Assembly: GCA_963693025.1 (NCBI GenBank)
Contig: OY843749.1
Span: 712,719 to 776,718 of the forward strand
DNA: 64,000 nucleotides
Direction of reading: 5' to 3'
Source of the DNA: Arenicellales bacterium
Lineage (GTDB): Bacteria; Pseudomonadota; Gammaproteobacteria; Arenicellales; Poriferihabitantaceae
The notes below the pieces were generated by a model, which saw only the letters and a list, made by a program, of their open reading frames with translations, was not told where the DNA came from and ran no database searches. Position 1 is the stretch's first letter, and every line of letters starts with the position of its first letter. Of this stretch, positions 39,562-49,222 are shown one piece after another. Both the position numbers and the translations under genes were made by a program.

Positions 39562-41829
39562 ATGGACTCCAATGTATCATCGGTGGGTTGCGCGGGCGAA
39601 TGTGCTTTTGCCCGCCGCCCTGAGGGAAAAACTTTGCCGAACCCGTTTTCATACTGCAAATTGTTGCGTTGCGCCGCCGTCGCCGTGGTCGTGCCGGCGC
39701 TGGTTGCCGCGTGCGCTCCCGTCGCCGGCATTTCACCGGGCGGCGCCCCGCAGGTGGTTGACAAGCCGGTTGAAACCGCAAAACCCGACGCCACCGCCGC
39801 CGCCGAAACCCCGCCACCGCCCGCGCCCGAAGAGCAAGCCGTCGCCCACGCCATCGAGGGCGAGCAGCAAATCATCGTCGCCGACGCGCCCTGGGCATTG
39901 GTGCGCCAAGCCGAGCGAGCGCCGGCGGACCAAGTGGCGTCGTTGCTGTTGCCGGCGATTTCCGGGTTCATCGAACTGGGGCAGATTGACATTGCGCAGA
40001 CCCTGGTCGGGCAACTGCAAACCCAGCCCATCACCGCCTTCCAGCGGCGCGCGCTGAAACTCTATCAGGCGCAACTCGCGCAAGCCCGGGGACGCCACTC
40101 GCGCGCCATCGGATTGCTGCGCCTGCTCGAGCAATCCCCCGACCTGAGCGCGCAGACCAGCGCCAAACGGTTGCTGTTGCTCGCCGATTCGCAGCAGGCG
40201 CTGCACCGCAACGCCGAGGCGCTGGCGACGCTGTTGCGGCTCGACCGGCTGCCGGAGCAACCCAACCGCGCCGCCAACCAGCAGCGCATTCTGGCGCTAA
40301 TCGATTCGCTCGACCCGCTGAGCCGCCTGCTGTTGCGGGAGAGCCCGCCCGACGACGCCGTCACCGGCTGGATTGCGCTGAGCGAAATCCTGCGCTTCGC
40401 GCCGCCCGAAGACCGAACCACCGGCATCCAGCAGTGGCGCGCGCTCTATCGTGAACACCCGGCGGAGCAACTGCTACTCGACCAGCGCCTGCTGACGGAC
40501 GAGTCGGTTCAATACAAACACATCGCCATGCTGCTGCCGCTGACCTCGCCGTTCGGCAAAGCCGCGCGGGCGTTTTACGAGGGGTTCATCGCGTCGCGCA
40601 ACGCCGACCATTCGGTGAACCGGCCCGAGGTCAGTTTGCACGACATTGGCGAAGACCCGTCGCTGGTGTCGTTATACTACCGCGCCGCGATTAGCGACGG
40701 CGCCGATTTCATGGTCGGACCGCTCGGGCGGCAGGCGGTCAACGCGCTGCTCGCCGGCGCCCCCACGGAGTTGCCGACGCTGATGATCGGCAACGTGCCG
40801 GACGACAAAACCGCGCCCAACTTATACGGCATCAGCCTGTCGCCCGAGCAGGAAGCCGGGCAGGTCGCCGAGCGGGCATTTTTGGACGGCCACCGGCAAG
40901 CCGGCGTGCTCGCGAGCGAATCCGAATGGGGTCAGCGGGTCGCGGCGGCATTCGCGCGGCGGTGGGAAGCCCTGGGCGGCACGGTGGTGGAGAACGTGAC
41001 CTTCCCGCGCGACATTTCCGACTACCCGCGAACCATACAAAAACTGCTCGGCTTGGACAAAAGCATCGCGCGCGAGCGAATCTTGAGCATTCAACTGGAA
41101 GCCAATCTGCAATTCACCCCGCGGCGGCGGGACGACATTGACTTCCTGTTCCTCGCCGCCAACGCCGGCGAGGCGCGATTGCTGGTGCCGCAACTGCGCT
41201 TTTTTCAGGCGCACGACCTGGCGTTGTATGCGACCTCCACGGTCTATAGCGGCAAGCCCAACCCGGCCACCGACGCCGATTTGGACGGCATCATCTTCGG
41301 CGATATGGACTGGATGCTGGACGCCGCCGTGTTGCCGCCGGAGCCGGAGCCTGCGCTTGAGTTGGAAGCGGGAGCGGACGCCGACGCCGATGCCGATGCG
41401 GTGGCGAGCGTCCTGCCGGAAGGGGAATTCGGGGCGGATTGGGACGCGACAATCGGCATGACCGCCGGGGCTCAGACAACCCCGCCGACTCAACCCACTC
41501 AGCCAACTCAACCGACGCCGACACCCGCAACCCCCGCGCAACCGCCGCCCCTGTTGCCGTTTCCGTTGCGCGAGCCGGGTCCGTATTATCACACCGACCT
41601 CGACCGGCTGTATGCGCTCGGGCTGGAGAGTTACCGCTTGATTCCCGGACTGGAGGCGTTGCGGAACAATCAGTGGCAGCGTTATTACGGCAAGGCGGTG
41701 GACATCAGCGTGCAGGCGGACGGCAACGCGCGCCGGCATCTCACCTGGGCGCGGTTTGACCGCGGTCTGCCGGTGCCGCTGCCGGGCACCACCGCGGGCC
41801 TTCGCGTGCCCGCCCCGCCGAGCCAATGA
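39562..41829 (+). CDS. lpoA: Penicillin-binding protein activator LpoA/LppC lipoprotein (start uncertain, could be TTG 39661)
   Basis: Lipobox LVAAC, IAMLLPLTS, VGPLGRQ, RRRDDIDFLF, RLYALG; rsmI-lpoA-yraN synteny. Confidence 0.85.
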   Translation: MDSNVSSVGCAGECAFARRPEGKTLPNPFSYCKLLRCAAVAVVVPALVAACAPVAGISPGGAPQVVDKPVETAKPDATAAAETPPPPAPEEQAVAHAIEGEQQIIVADAPWALVRQAERAPADQVASLLLPAISGFIELGQIDIAQTLVGQLQTQPITAFQRRALKLYQAQLAQARGRHSRAIGLLRLLEQSPDLSAQTSAKRLLLLADSQQALHRNAEALATLLRLDRLPEQPNRAANQQRILALIDSLDPLSRLLLRESPPDDAVTGWIALSEILRFAPPEDRTTGIQQWRALYREHPAEQLLLDQRLLTDESVQYKHIAMLLPLTSPFGKAARAFYEGFIASRNADHSVNRPEVSLHDIGEDPSLVSLYYRAAISDGADFMVGPLGRQAVNALLAGAPTELPTLMIGNVPDDKTAPNLYGISLSPEQEAGQVAERAFLDGHRQAGVLASESEWGQRVAAAFARRWEALGGTVVENVTFPRDISDYPRTIQKLLGLDKSIARERILSIQLEANLQFTPRRRDDIDFLFLAANAGEARLLVPQLRFFQAHDLALYATSTVYSGKPNPATDADLDGIIFGDMDWMLDAAVLPPEPEPALELEAGADADADADAVASVLPEGEFGADWDATIGMTAGAQTTPPTQPTQPTQPTPTPATPAQPPPLLPFPLREPGPYYHTDLDRLYALGLESYRLIPGLEALRNNQWQRYYGKAVDISVQADGNARRHLTWARFDRGLPVPLPGTTAGLRVPAPPSQ

Positions 41830-42197
41830 AGCGGAGCCGACCCCTGCCGCCGCACCTGCATCGCGGCGCCGATGCCGAAAAGTCGGCGCTCCAATACCTG
41901 CGCGCCAACGGGTTGCAACTGGTTGAGCAGAACTACCGCTGCGCCGCCGGCGAACTGGACATGGTGATGCTCGACAACCGCGAACTGGTGTTTGTGGAAG
42001 TCCGCTACCGCGGCTCCGAGCAATTCGGCGGCGCGGCGCGCAGCGTCGATGCCGGCAAGCAGCGAAAACTGCGGCGCGCCGGCGAGTCGTTCCTGCAAAC
42101 CTACGCCGGTCCTTTCACCGGCTGCCGATTCGACGTGGTGGCGGTCACCGGCGCCGCGCCCGGCTACCGAATGGACTGGATTAGCGATGCCTTCTGA
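41826..42197 (+). CDS. yraN: YraN family (UPF0102) putative nuclease
   Basis: NYRCAAGELDMVM, LVFVEVRYR, CRFDVV. Confidence 0.92.
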   Translation: MKRSRPLPPHLHRGADAEKSALQYLRANGLQLVEQNYRCAAGELDMVMLDNRELVFVEVRYRGSEQFGGAARSVDAGKQRKLRRAGESFLQTYAGPFTGCRFDVVAVTGAAPGYRMDWISDAF

Positions 42198-42801
42198 GCC
42201 GTCATCGTCCGGGGCACTGTCCGAGCGCGTGGATGCGCTGCTGTGCGACGGCATTCGCACGCTCGAAGCGGCGCGCGACACGCTGACCGGCGTGGTCGCG
42301 GAAGCCGCGGCGGCGCTCGCGGAAGCGCTCGAAAACGACGGCAAAATCCTCATCTGCGGCAACGGCGGCTCGGCAAGCGACAGCCTGCACTTCTCCGCCG
42401 AACTGGTGAACAAATTCCACCGCGCGCGCCGCCCGCTCGCCGCCATCAGCCTCGCCGCCGACGTCTCGGCGCTGACCTCCATCGCCAACGACGAAAGTTA
42501 CGACGCCGTCTTCGCCAAGCAAGTGGAAGCGCTCGGCAGGCGCGGCGATGTCCTGGTGGTCATCACCTCCTCCGGCAATTCGCCGAGCATCCTGCGAGCC
42601 GCGCGCGCCGCGCAAGCCAAACAAATGCGCTGCATCGCGCTCAACGGCAAAGGCGGGGGCGCGCTCTCGGCGACGCTGCACGCGCGCGACATCGACATCG
42701 TCGCGCCGGGCGAGACGACCGCCAGAGTCCAGGAAATACACGGTATAATCATCCACGCCTTTTGCGAACTCATCGACCATCAACTTTTCGGAGAAATCTA
42801 A
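42187..42801 (+). CDS. gmhA: Phosphoheptose isomerase (GmhA/DiaA SIS family)
   Basis: CGNGGSASDSLHFSAELV, IANDESY, SSGNSPS, RVQEIH; start ATG 42187. Confidence 0.88.
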   Translation: MPSEPSSSGALSERVDALLCDGIRTLEAARDTLTGVVAEAAAALAEALENDGKILICGNGGSASDSLHFSAELVNKFHRARRPLAAISLAADVSALTSIANDESYDAVFAKQVEALGRRGDVLVVITSSGNSPSILRAARAAQAKQMRCIALNGKGGGALSATLHARDIDIVAPGETTARVQEIHGIIIHAFCELIDHQLFGEI

Positions 42802-42803
42802 CC

Positions 42804-43436
42804 ATGGCGACCCCAACCGCAACCGGAGCGAAACAACACCCCGTGCGAACGCTGACCTTGAGGGTTTTGTTGCTGGCTACCGCGCTTCCTGCTCTGAGCG
42901 CTTGCGTGCCGCTGGTGCTGGGCACGGTGGCGGTCATCACAGTCGATGTGAAACAAGACCGCCGCACCGTCGGGAAATATTTGGATGACGGCACGCTCGA
43001 AGTGCAACTGCGCAACGCTATTCGGGCGGACGAAAACCTCGCCGGTGTCAACGTGAGCATCACCGCGCACAATGGTATGGTCTTGTTGACCGGCCAAGTG
43101 GCTCAAGACGAGCAGCGTCAACGCGTGGACGCGCTCGTGCAAAGTTACAAACAAACCGGCAAGGTCTCGGTGGTGGTGAACGAACTGGAACTCGGCAACC
43201 CGACCAACATCCTCAGCCGCACCAACGACACTTGGATTACCGCCAAGGCGAGGTTTAAACTGTTGCAGGTTGGAAAAGAGTTGCCGCTTCCGGCAATCAA
43301 AGTGGTGACCGAACACGGCAAAGTCTATCTGCTCGGTCTATTGACCGAAGCCGAAGCCGAAGCCGCGGTGGCGGCGGTGCGCACCATCAGAGGCGTAACG
43401 CATATCGTCAAGGTGTTTGGTAGACCGGTTGAATAG
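42804..43436 (+). CDS. dolP: BON-domain lipoprotein (DolP/YraP)
   Basis: Lipobox LSAC, DRRTVG, VLLTGQV, DTWITAK, GKVYLLG. Confidence 0.85.
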   Translation: MATPTATGAKQHPVRTLTLRVLLLATALPALSACVPLVLGTVAVITVDVKQDRRTVGKYLDDGTLEVQLRNAIRADENLAGVNVSITAHNGMVLLTGQVAQDEQRQRVDALVQSYKQTGKVSVVVNELELGNPTNILSRTNDTWITAKARFKLLQVGKELPLPAIKVVTEHGKVYLLGLLTEAEAEAAVAAVRTIRGVTHIVKVFGRPVE

Positions 43437-43460
43437 TATCGAGGGGAAACCTCCACCTAC

Positions 43461-43748
43461 CCGTCATTCTCGAACGGTAGAAAATAGGAAGCATCAACAA
43501 CTCGTCATTCTCGAACGATAGAAAAATAGGGAGCCGACAGGCGACCATATTTTTCATCGCCTTCGGGAATCTCATCCCGACTAGCGCTGAGTTCAAACAA
43601 AGCCCGTGCCAGTCTTAGGGAGATTCCCGAGGACGCAAGTGTCCGTAAGCCGCCGCAAGAAAAAGCGCGGCGGCAACGGACACTAACGCTCGAGAATGAC
43701 GAGGTTGTTGTAACGCTCGAGAATGACGGGTAAATGAAGAATGACGAG
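43461..43748. repeat. Cluster 4 of the ~200-bp repeat: terminal fragment, full copy (43501-43703) and reiterated GAATGAC ends
   Basis: CGTCATTCTCGAACG x2 at the left; (GA)GAATGACG x3 at the right. Confidence 0.92.
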
Positions 43749-43774
43749 GTAAAACACAACATGCCGGTGAACTG

Positions 43775-44272
43775 GTGAACTCATACACCCCCACTCCCGC
43801 CGAGCAAAAAATTTACGACACCGCCGCCGGCGTCGCGCTGAGCGACTGGGTGGCCGCCCTCCCCCGGCCGCTGGTGTTCACCAACGGCTGCTTCGACCTC
43901 CTGCACCGCGGCCATGTCAGTTACCTCGAACAAGCCGCCGCGTTGGGCGAGACGCTACTGGTCGGCGTCAACAGCGATGCCTCGGTGCGCCTGCTGGACA
44001 AGGGCGCGCACCGCCCAATCAACCCGCTGCCCGACCGCATGGCGGTGCTGGCGGCATTGGCGGCGGTGGATGCGGTAGTCCCCTACGACGAGCCGACCCC
44101 TCTGGAATTAATCACGCTACTCAACCCAGACCACCTGGTCAAAGGCGGCGACTGGTCCCCCGAGCAAATCATCGGCGCCAACGAAGTCCGCAACCACGGC
44201 GGAAAAGTCCACTCCCTACCCTTCCGCTTCCAACGCTCAACCTCAAAACTAATCGCCCGCATCCGTCGCTGA
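43775..44272 (+). CDS. rfaE2: D-glycero-beta-D-manno-heptose 1-phosphate adenylyltransferase (RfaE domain II)
   Basis: VFTNGCFDLLHRGHVSYL, GVNSDASVR, VKGGDW, STSKLI. Confidence 0.9.
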   Translation: MNSYTPTPAEQKIYDTAAGVALSDWVAALPRPLVFTNGCFDLLHRGHVSYLEQAAALGETLLVGVNSDASVRLLDKGAHRPINPLPDRMAVLAALAAVDAVVPYDEPTPLELITLLNPDHLVKGGDWSPEQIIGANEVRNHGGKVHSLPFRFQRSTSKLIARIRR

Positions 44273-44283
44273 GCGCCGACCGC

Positions 44284-45741
44284 TCAGGCGATTGCCGGGG
44301 TTGACAGCAACCACAAGCCGAACAGCGTGTAGGCGACCATCAGTGCGGCGAGGGGTAGTTGGCTGGCGGCGGCGGGTTGGGGGGTGGGGAATAGGCGCAG
44401 GGCGGTGAGGTGGGCGGTGGTGATTCCGATGATGTGGCCGAGGACGATGAGGAGCGTTTGCAGGCTCCAGATGCGGGACACGCTGGGCAGATGGGTGAGG
44501 AATGAAGTGGTTACGAGGTGGTTTTTTGCCGCCAGCAGGTTCCAGTTGAGGTTGAAGGGGTCGTTGAACGCCAGCAGCGCATACTGGCTGTTGGTCAGCA
44601 GCGTGGCGAGGTAGTGGGCGAGGTGGAAGACCAGCGAGATGGGGACGAGGGAATAGATTAGGCGACCGCAGGCGTGCGGGAAGCGGACGGCGCTTTGTCG
44701 CGCGCGGCAGCCCGCCCACACGCACAGGAAGAACGCCGCCGCCAGCGCGCCGAATGCGAGCAGCAAGCCGAGGGTGTTGCCGGCGATGACCGCGCTGCGA
44801 CCGGGGAAAGCCAGCGGGTTGATGCCGAGCGCGCCGAGCCAGGTGAAGGTTTTGTTGAGGCCGTCGAACGAGACCGCGCTCAGGGTCAGCAGCACGAAGC
44901 ACACGCCCGACAGGGGTAGCGGTGGCAGGGTGATGAAGGATGCGCCGGGCAGGCACAGGCGGATTGCCAGTTTCGCGCGCGTGCCGGTTGCCCTCCCGTT
45001 CGCATTCCGCCCGCCGGCGGTGGGCTCGCGCAGCAACGGCGAGCAGCCGCCAATCAAGCGGAAGAATACGGCGAATGGCTCGGCGTAACGGAGCCAGTAT
45101 TTTTCGCCGAAAAGCAGGCAGGCGGCGAGCGTGAAACACCAGTAGAGCAACACCGCGCGCGCCAGGCGGACGGGGTTGTCGGGCGCGGGGTCGACCAACT
45201 CGAACCAGGCGAAGCCGAGAAACAGGACGAAGGCGGGGGCATAGCCGAGCGCGCGCGGCGGGCTGAATGGCGCGGCGTAGCGGGGGATGCATCGCCGTAT
45301 CACATCGAGCGGCCCGCTCCACGGATTGAGCAGCGGCCAGAGGTCGCCGAGCGCGCATTGCAACAGGGTGAATCCGACCCACCACAGCGTCCAGACAAAC
45401 AGCGGCAACGGGTTGGCGAGCGGGTCGGCGCTGCCGAAATGGGCGGCCAGCAGGAGCAGGCACAGCAGGCAGAATGACAGCAAACTGGGCCATTTCGGTG
45501 GGCGGGCGGGTAGGTGGAAGAGCGGCGCTGAGCGGGTTTCGAGTAGGCGCAGGCGGTGCGGTGGTATGCACAGCAACACGGCGAACGAAGCCGCCACCGC
45601 CAGCGCCGCGGCGATTTGGTAGTAGCCGGTTGGGAGCAGCATCACCATGCCGCGCGCGCCGCCGTGGGCGAAGGCGGGGGTGGTTTGCCATGCGCATAGG
45701 GTTAATAGCGCCGGGGTGAGTGTTGTGTGGGGGTTGTTCAT
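44284..45741 (-). CDS. Multi-pass membrane protein (recalled as the family often labelled fenitrothion-hydrolase-like)
   Basis: Signal-like N-terminus, HG...LLPTGYY, many TM segments, SLVPISLVFHLAHY, FNDPFNLNWNL. Confidence 0.6.
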   Translation of the reverse strand: MNNPHTTLTPALLTLCAWQTTPAFAHGGARGMVMLLPTGYYQIAAALAVAASFAVLLCIPPHRLRLLETRSAPLFHLPARPPKWPSLLSFCLLCLLLLAAHFGSADPLANPLPLFVWTLWWVGFTLLQCALGDLWPLLNPWSGPLDVIRRCIPRYAAPFSPPRALGYAPAFVLFLGFAWFELVDPAPDNPVRLARAVLLYWCFTLAACLLFGEKYWLRYAEPFAVFFRLIGGCSPLLREPTAGGRNANGRATGTRAKLAIRLCLPGASFITLPPLPLSGVCFVLLTLSAVSFDGLNKTFTWLGALGINPLAFPGRSAVIAGNTLGLLLAFGALAAAFFLCVWAGCRARQSAVRFPHACGRLIYSLVPISLVFHLAHYLATLLTNSQYALLAFNDPFNLNWNLLAAKNHLVTTSFLTHLPSVSRIWSLQTLLIVLGHIIGITTAHLTALRLFPTPQPAAASQLPLAALMVAYTLFGLWLLSTPAIA

Positions 45742-45744
45742 GTG

Positions 45745-46318
45745 TTGGCTTAGGCCGCAGGGCTTGTGTTAGGGATGATACAAACAAAAGTCCGCCACAA
45801 CTCGTCATTCTCGAACGGTAGAAAAATAACCCCCAACCTCGTCATTCTCGAACGGTAGAAAATAGGGAGCCGATAGGCGACCATATTTTCTTCGATTCGG
45901 GAATCTCCCTAAGGCTACCGTGAATTCCAACAAAGACCGCGCCAGTCTCAGGGAGATTCCCGAGGTCGTAAGTGTCCGTAAGCCGCCGCTTAAAAGAAAA
46001 AGCGCGGCGGCAACGGACACTAACGCTCGAGAATGACGAGTTATATATACCCGTCATTCTCGAACGGTAGAAAATAGGGAGCCGACAGGCGACCATATTT
46101 TCTTCGATTCGGGAATCTCCCTAAGGCTGGCGTGAATTTCAACAAAGACCGCGCCAGTCTCAGGAAGATTCCCGAGGTCGTAAGTGTCCGTAAGCCGCCG
46201 CTTAAAAGAAGAAGCGCGGCGGCAAACGGACACTAACGCTCGAGAATGACGGGTTGTTGGAATGACGAGTCGTTGGAATGACGGGTCTTTGGAATGACGA
46301 GTCGTTGGAATGACGAGG
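45745..46318. repeat. Cluster 5 of the ~200-bp repeat: degenerate tri-hairpin, terminal fragment, two tandem full copies (45838-46040, 46052-46251) and a 16-bp GAATGAC array
   Basis: Spacer TTATATATACC between the copies; GAATGACG repeated every 16 bp from 46244 to 46318. Confidence 0.93.
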
Positions 46319-46399
46319 TTTGGGAGGGGCGTTGTCGTGCTAGCATACTCGCGTCGTGCCGACGACCATCCCACTTAATCCACCGGCGAGGAACACGCA

Positions 46400-47035
46400 A
46401 TGTCAGACCCATCAGGCGCGGATGTCGCGTTGTTGATTATTGATGTGCAGAATGATTTTTGTCCGGGGGGTGCGTTGGCGGTGGTGGGGGGGGATGCGGT
46501 GGTTGCGCCGATTAATGCGATGTCCGCGCGGTTTGCCAATGTCATTCTGACGCAGGACTGGCATCCGCCGGAGCATGTCAGTTTTGCCGACAACCAGCCG
46601 GGCAAGTCGCCGTTTGAGACCGTCCGCCTGCCTTATGGCGAGCAAACGTTGTGGCCCGCGCACTGCGTTCGGGGGAGCGCCGGCGCCGAGTTTCATCCGG
46701 CGTTGCATCGCGAGCGGGCGCAGTTGGTGGTGCGCAAGGGGTTTCGTGCGGCGATTGACAGTTACTCGGCATTTTTTGAAAACGACCACTCAACCGCAAC
46801 CGGATTGCACGGCTATTTGCGCGACCGGGGCATTTCGCGCCTGGTGCTCGCCGGGTTGGCGACGGACTTCTGCGTCGCCTGGTCCGCCATCGACGCCGCC
46901 GCGCTCGGGCTGGACGTCACCGTGGTGTTGTCCGCCTGCGCCGCCATCGATTTGGACGGCTCGCTGGACGCGCAACTGCGGGCGATGCGCGAAGCCGGGG
47001 TAGCGGTTGAGGACGGCTTTGCAGGCGCGGCTTAA
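46400..47035 (+). CDS. pncA: Nicotinamidase/pyrazinamidase
   Basis: IIDVQNDFCPGGAL, TQDWHP, LWPAHCV, DSYSAF, GLATDFCV. Confidence 0.95.
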   Translation: MSDPSGADVALLIIDVQNDFCPGGALAVVGGDAVVAPINAMSARFANVILTQDWHPPEHVSFADNQPGKSPFETVRLPYGEQTLWPAHCVRGSAGAEFHPALHRERAQLVVRKGFRAAIDSYSAFFENDHSTATGLHGYLRDRGISRLVLAGLATDFCVAWSAIDAAALGLDVTVVLSACAAIDLDGSLDAQLRAMREAGVAVEDGFAGAA

Positions 47036-47036
47036 T

Positions 47037-47136
47037 GATAACGCCGGGCGCGACTCAGCGATAACGCCGAACGCGGCTCAGCGATAACGCCAAACGCAAC
47101 TCAGCAACAACACCGAACACCGCTCAGCGATAACGC
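47037..47136. repeat. 23-bp tandem repeat (~4.3 units) filling the gap between convergent genes
   Basis: GATAACGCCGGGCGCGACTCAGC / GATAACGCCGAACGCGGCTCAGC / GATAACGCCAAACGCAACTCAGC / AACAACACCGAACACCGCTCAGC / GATAACGC. Confidence 0.85.
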
Positions 47137-48290
47137 TTGGCGCCATAAATCAAATACGCCGCGGCGACCAGCGCGGCGGCCCAGTACACCGGCGGCAGAA
47201 TGTCGATGCCGCCGCCGGCGCGAATGACCGCCCAGCCGAAAATCAGGAAGATGATAAAAATCGCGGCTTGCGAATAGTAACTCTTGAGCACCAGATAGCG
47301 GTGCGAAAGGGTCAGTTTGGCGATGTCGTAAAAGCGCTTGTTGAGCGCCAGCCGGAACATCGAGGTGCTGAACGTAATCAGCACCAGCAGGATGAACAGC
47401 AACTCCAGCGACATCCCGTCGTGGGTCAGCGCGCGCAATGCCCAGGAGAGCGCATACAACGCCACCGCCAACTGATAGACGCGCTTTCTGCCCAGCCGGT
47501 CGATGGTGTTTTTGAGCAGGTAGAACAGGATGCCGAAAATCACCGCCAGCGCCAGCACGATGATGCCCAGTTTGGTGAAACTCTCGCGTGCGATGAGGAA
47601 CAGCGAAATCACCCAGAAATAACTTTCCAGAAACAGGTAGACGCCGTCGAGGATGAAGATGGTTTTGGAGGCGTCGCCATCTTTGAACGCGACCACTTCG
47701 CGCAAGCCGAGGGCGGTGGTGCGGGTCAGCGTGCCGGGGTATTCGGGTTTGTTGGCGAGCAGAATCAGGAAGCCGGCGAGGGCGACGATGGCCGAGAGCG
47801 CCACGACATAGACGAAACTGGCTTTCTCCAACAGCAGGCTGCCCAGCAGGATGCCGACCTGCAACAAGGCGCCGACGAAGAGTTGGAAATTGCCGTATTT
47901 GCGTCCCGAGTTCGCCGGGTCTATTATTTCAAAAAACAGCGCGCGCTGGGTGGTCCAGAAGAAGCAGTTATAGACGCCGTAACAGAGCCCCAGCGACAGC
48001 AGCACCGGCAGGGTCATGTCCATGTCGAGCAGATAGACGTTGAGCAGTAGCAACAACTCCAACAACAACGACAACGCAATCATCGAGGTCAAATCGATTT
48101 TCAGGCGCAGCCGGTCCCATACCCATAGCCCCAGACAAAAACCGAGCCCGGCGATGGCGACGAAGACCGACACCGCGCCGAGGTCGTAGCCTTCCTTCCA
48201 CAAATAGACCGGAATGAAGAACGGGAAAATGCCGATGAGCAGCGAGTGAAGCCCCAGATACAGATAGAAAATTCGGGGATGGTGCGGCAT
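47124..48290 (-). CDS. MFS-type transporter
   Basis: ~12 hydrophobic segments; start ATG 48290 overlaps the upstream stop (TGATG). Confidence 0.75.
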   Translation of the reverse strand: MPHHPRIFYLYLGLHSLLIGIFPFFIPVYLWKEGYDLGAVSVFVAIAGLGFCLGLWVWDRLRLKIDLTSMIALSLLLELLLLLNVYLLDMDMTLPVLLSLGLCYGVYNCFFWTTQRALFFEIIDPANSGRKYGNFQLFVGALLQVGILLGSLLLEKASFVYVVALSAIVALAGFLILLANKPEYPGTLTRTTALGLREVVAFKDGDASKTIFILDGVYLFLESYFWVISLFLIARESFTKLGIIVLALAVIFGILFYLLKNTIDRLGRKRVYQLAVALYALSWALRALTHDGMSLELLFILLVLITFSTSMFRLALNKRFYDIAKLTLSHRYLVLKSYYSQAAIFIIFLIFGWAVIRAGGGIDILPPVYWAAALVAAAYLIYGAKRYR

Positions 48291-49204
48291 CAAAAAATGT
48301 CCTTGTCGGGGATGTCCAGTTTGTCCAGTTCGGCGTAGTGGGCGGACAAGTCCTCGACCTCGCCGTAGCGCGGGAAGTGATGCATTTCGGCGTAGGGCCG
48401 CGAGTTGACCTCGATGAAAATGCACTTCTGTTGTGCGTGGCTGACTTCAATGCCCTTCTCAAAAATGACGTCGATGCCGAGCAGGTTGGCGCCGAACATG
48501 CCGACCACGGCCTTGAACAGTTCCGCGTTGTCGGCGGCGACGGTGCGCTGGTCGATGGTCTCCACGATGCCGCCCGGCGCGAGCGCGACGCGGTGAAACA
48601 ATTCAACGCGCCGCTCTTTGTCCGGCACCGAATCGAGGGTGAGGTTGTGTTTTTTGAGGTGGGCGATGACGAGAGCGCTTTTGCTGATGGGGAAGATGAC
48701 CGGATGCAGTTTCATCCGCGCGCGGATTCGGTTTTCCTCGTCGATCAGGGCGCTGATGCTGTCCGCGCCGTTGCCGGTGACGAACGGCGGATAGCGCCTG
48801 ATGACCGACACCAGTTTCTCGCCGGTTGTCAGCACGCGGTAGTTCGCGCCCGCGAGGTATTGCTCGATGACCGTGGTCGGCCACCACACCTTCGCCCACA
48901 AGATGCCGCGCCAGAGTTCGGGGAATGTGTTGATGGGGAAGTAACTGCCGCGCGAGTAGCCGCTGACGTTGGGCTTGACCACCAGCGGGAAGCCGTGCGT
49001 CTCGACGAAAGCGCGCACCTTCCACGGCAGCAGAAAGACCATCCCGCGCGCATGCGGCACGCCGTTGCCGGCAAACACTTCGCGCGCCTGCGCCTTCGAG
49101 CGGCATCCCTTGCGCACCGCCAGCGTGTTGTAACTGGTGCAGCCGTGCATGTAGCGCTCGCTGATCCAGCGGTAGAGCGCCGCTCTTAGTTTTCGCATTG
49201 ACAT
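48290..49204 (-). CDS. Stand-alone ATP-grasp ligase (cyanophycin synthetase/GshAB-type ATP-grasp domain only)
   Basis: FPLVVKP, VIEQYLAG, YRVL, RRYPPFVTGNG..SISALI.EEN, GIDVI, IEVNSRP. No Mur-ligase domain. Confidence 0.8.
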   Translation of the reverse strand: MSMRKLRAALYRWISERYMHGCTSYNTLAVRKGCRSKAQAREVFAGNGVPHARGMVFLLPWKVRAFVETHGFPLVVKPNVSGYSRGSYFPINTFPELWRGILWAKVWWPTTVIEQYLAGANYRVLTTGEKLVSVIRRYPPFVTGNGADSISALIDEENRIRARMKLHPVIFPISKSALVIAHLKKHNLTLDSVPDKERRVELFHRVALAPGGIVETIDQRTVAADNAELFKAVVGMFGANLLGIDVIFEKGIEVSHAQQKCIFIEVNSRPYAEMHHFPRYGEVEDLSAHYAELDKLDIPDKDIF

Positions 49205-49222
49205 TGCCTCATTACGATTTCC

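Noticed and set aside
46244-46318. GAATGACG arrays (also 1491-1550) as a CRISPR array
   Set aside because: The period is only 16 bp with 7-8-nt spacers, the core is the end of the larger repeat, and there are no cas genes in the window.
48290-49204. Bona fide cyanophycin synthetase (CphA)
   Set aside because: Only the ATP-grasp domain is present (304 aa), with no Mur-ligase domain and no cyanophycinase nearby.
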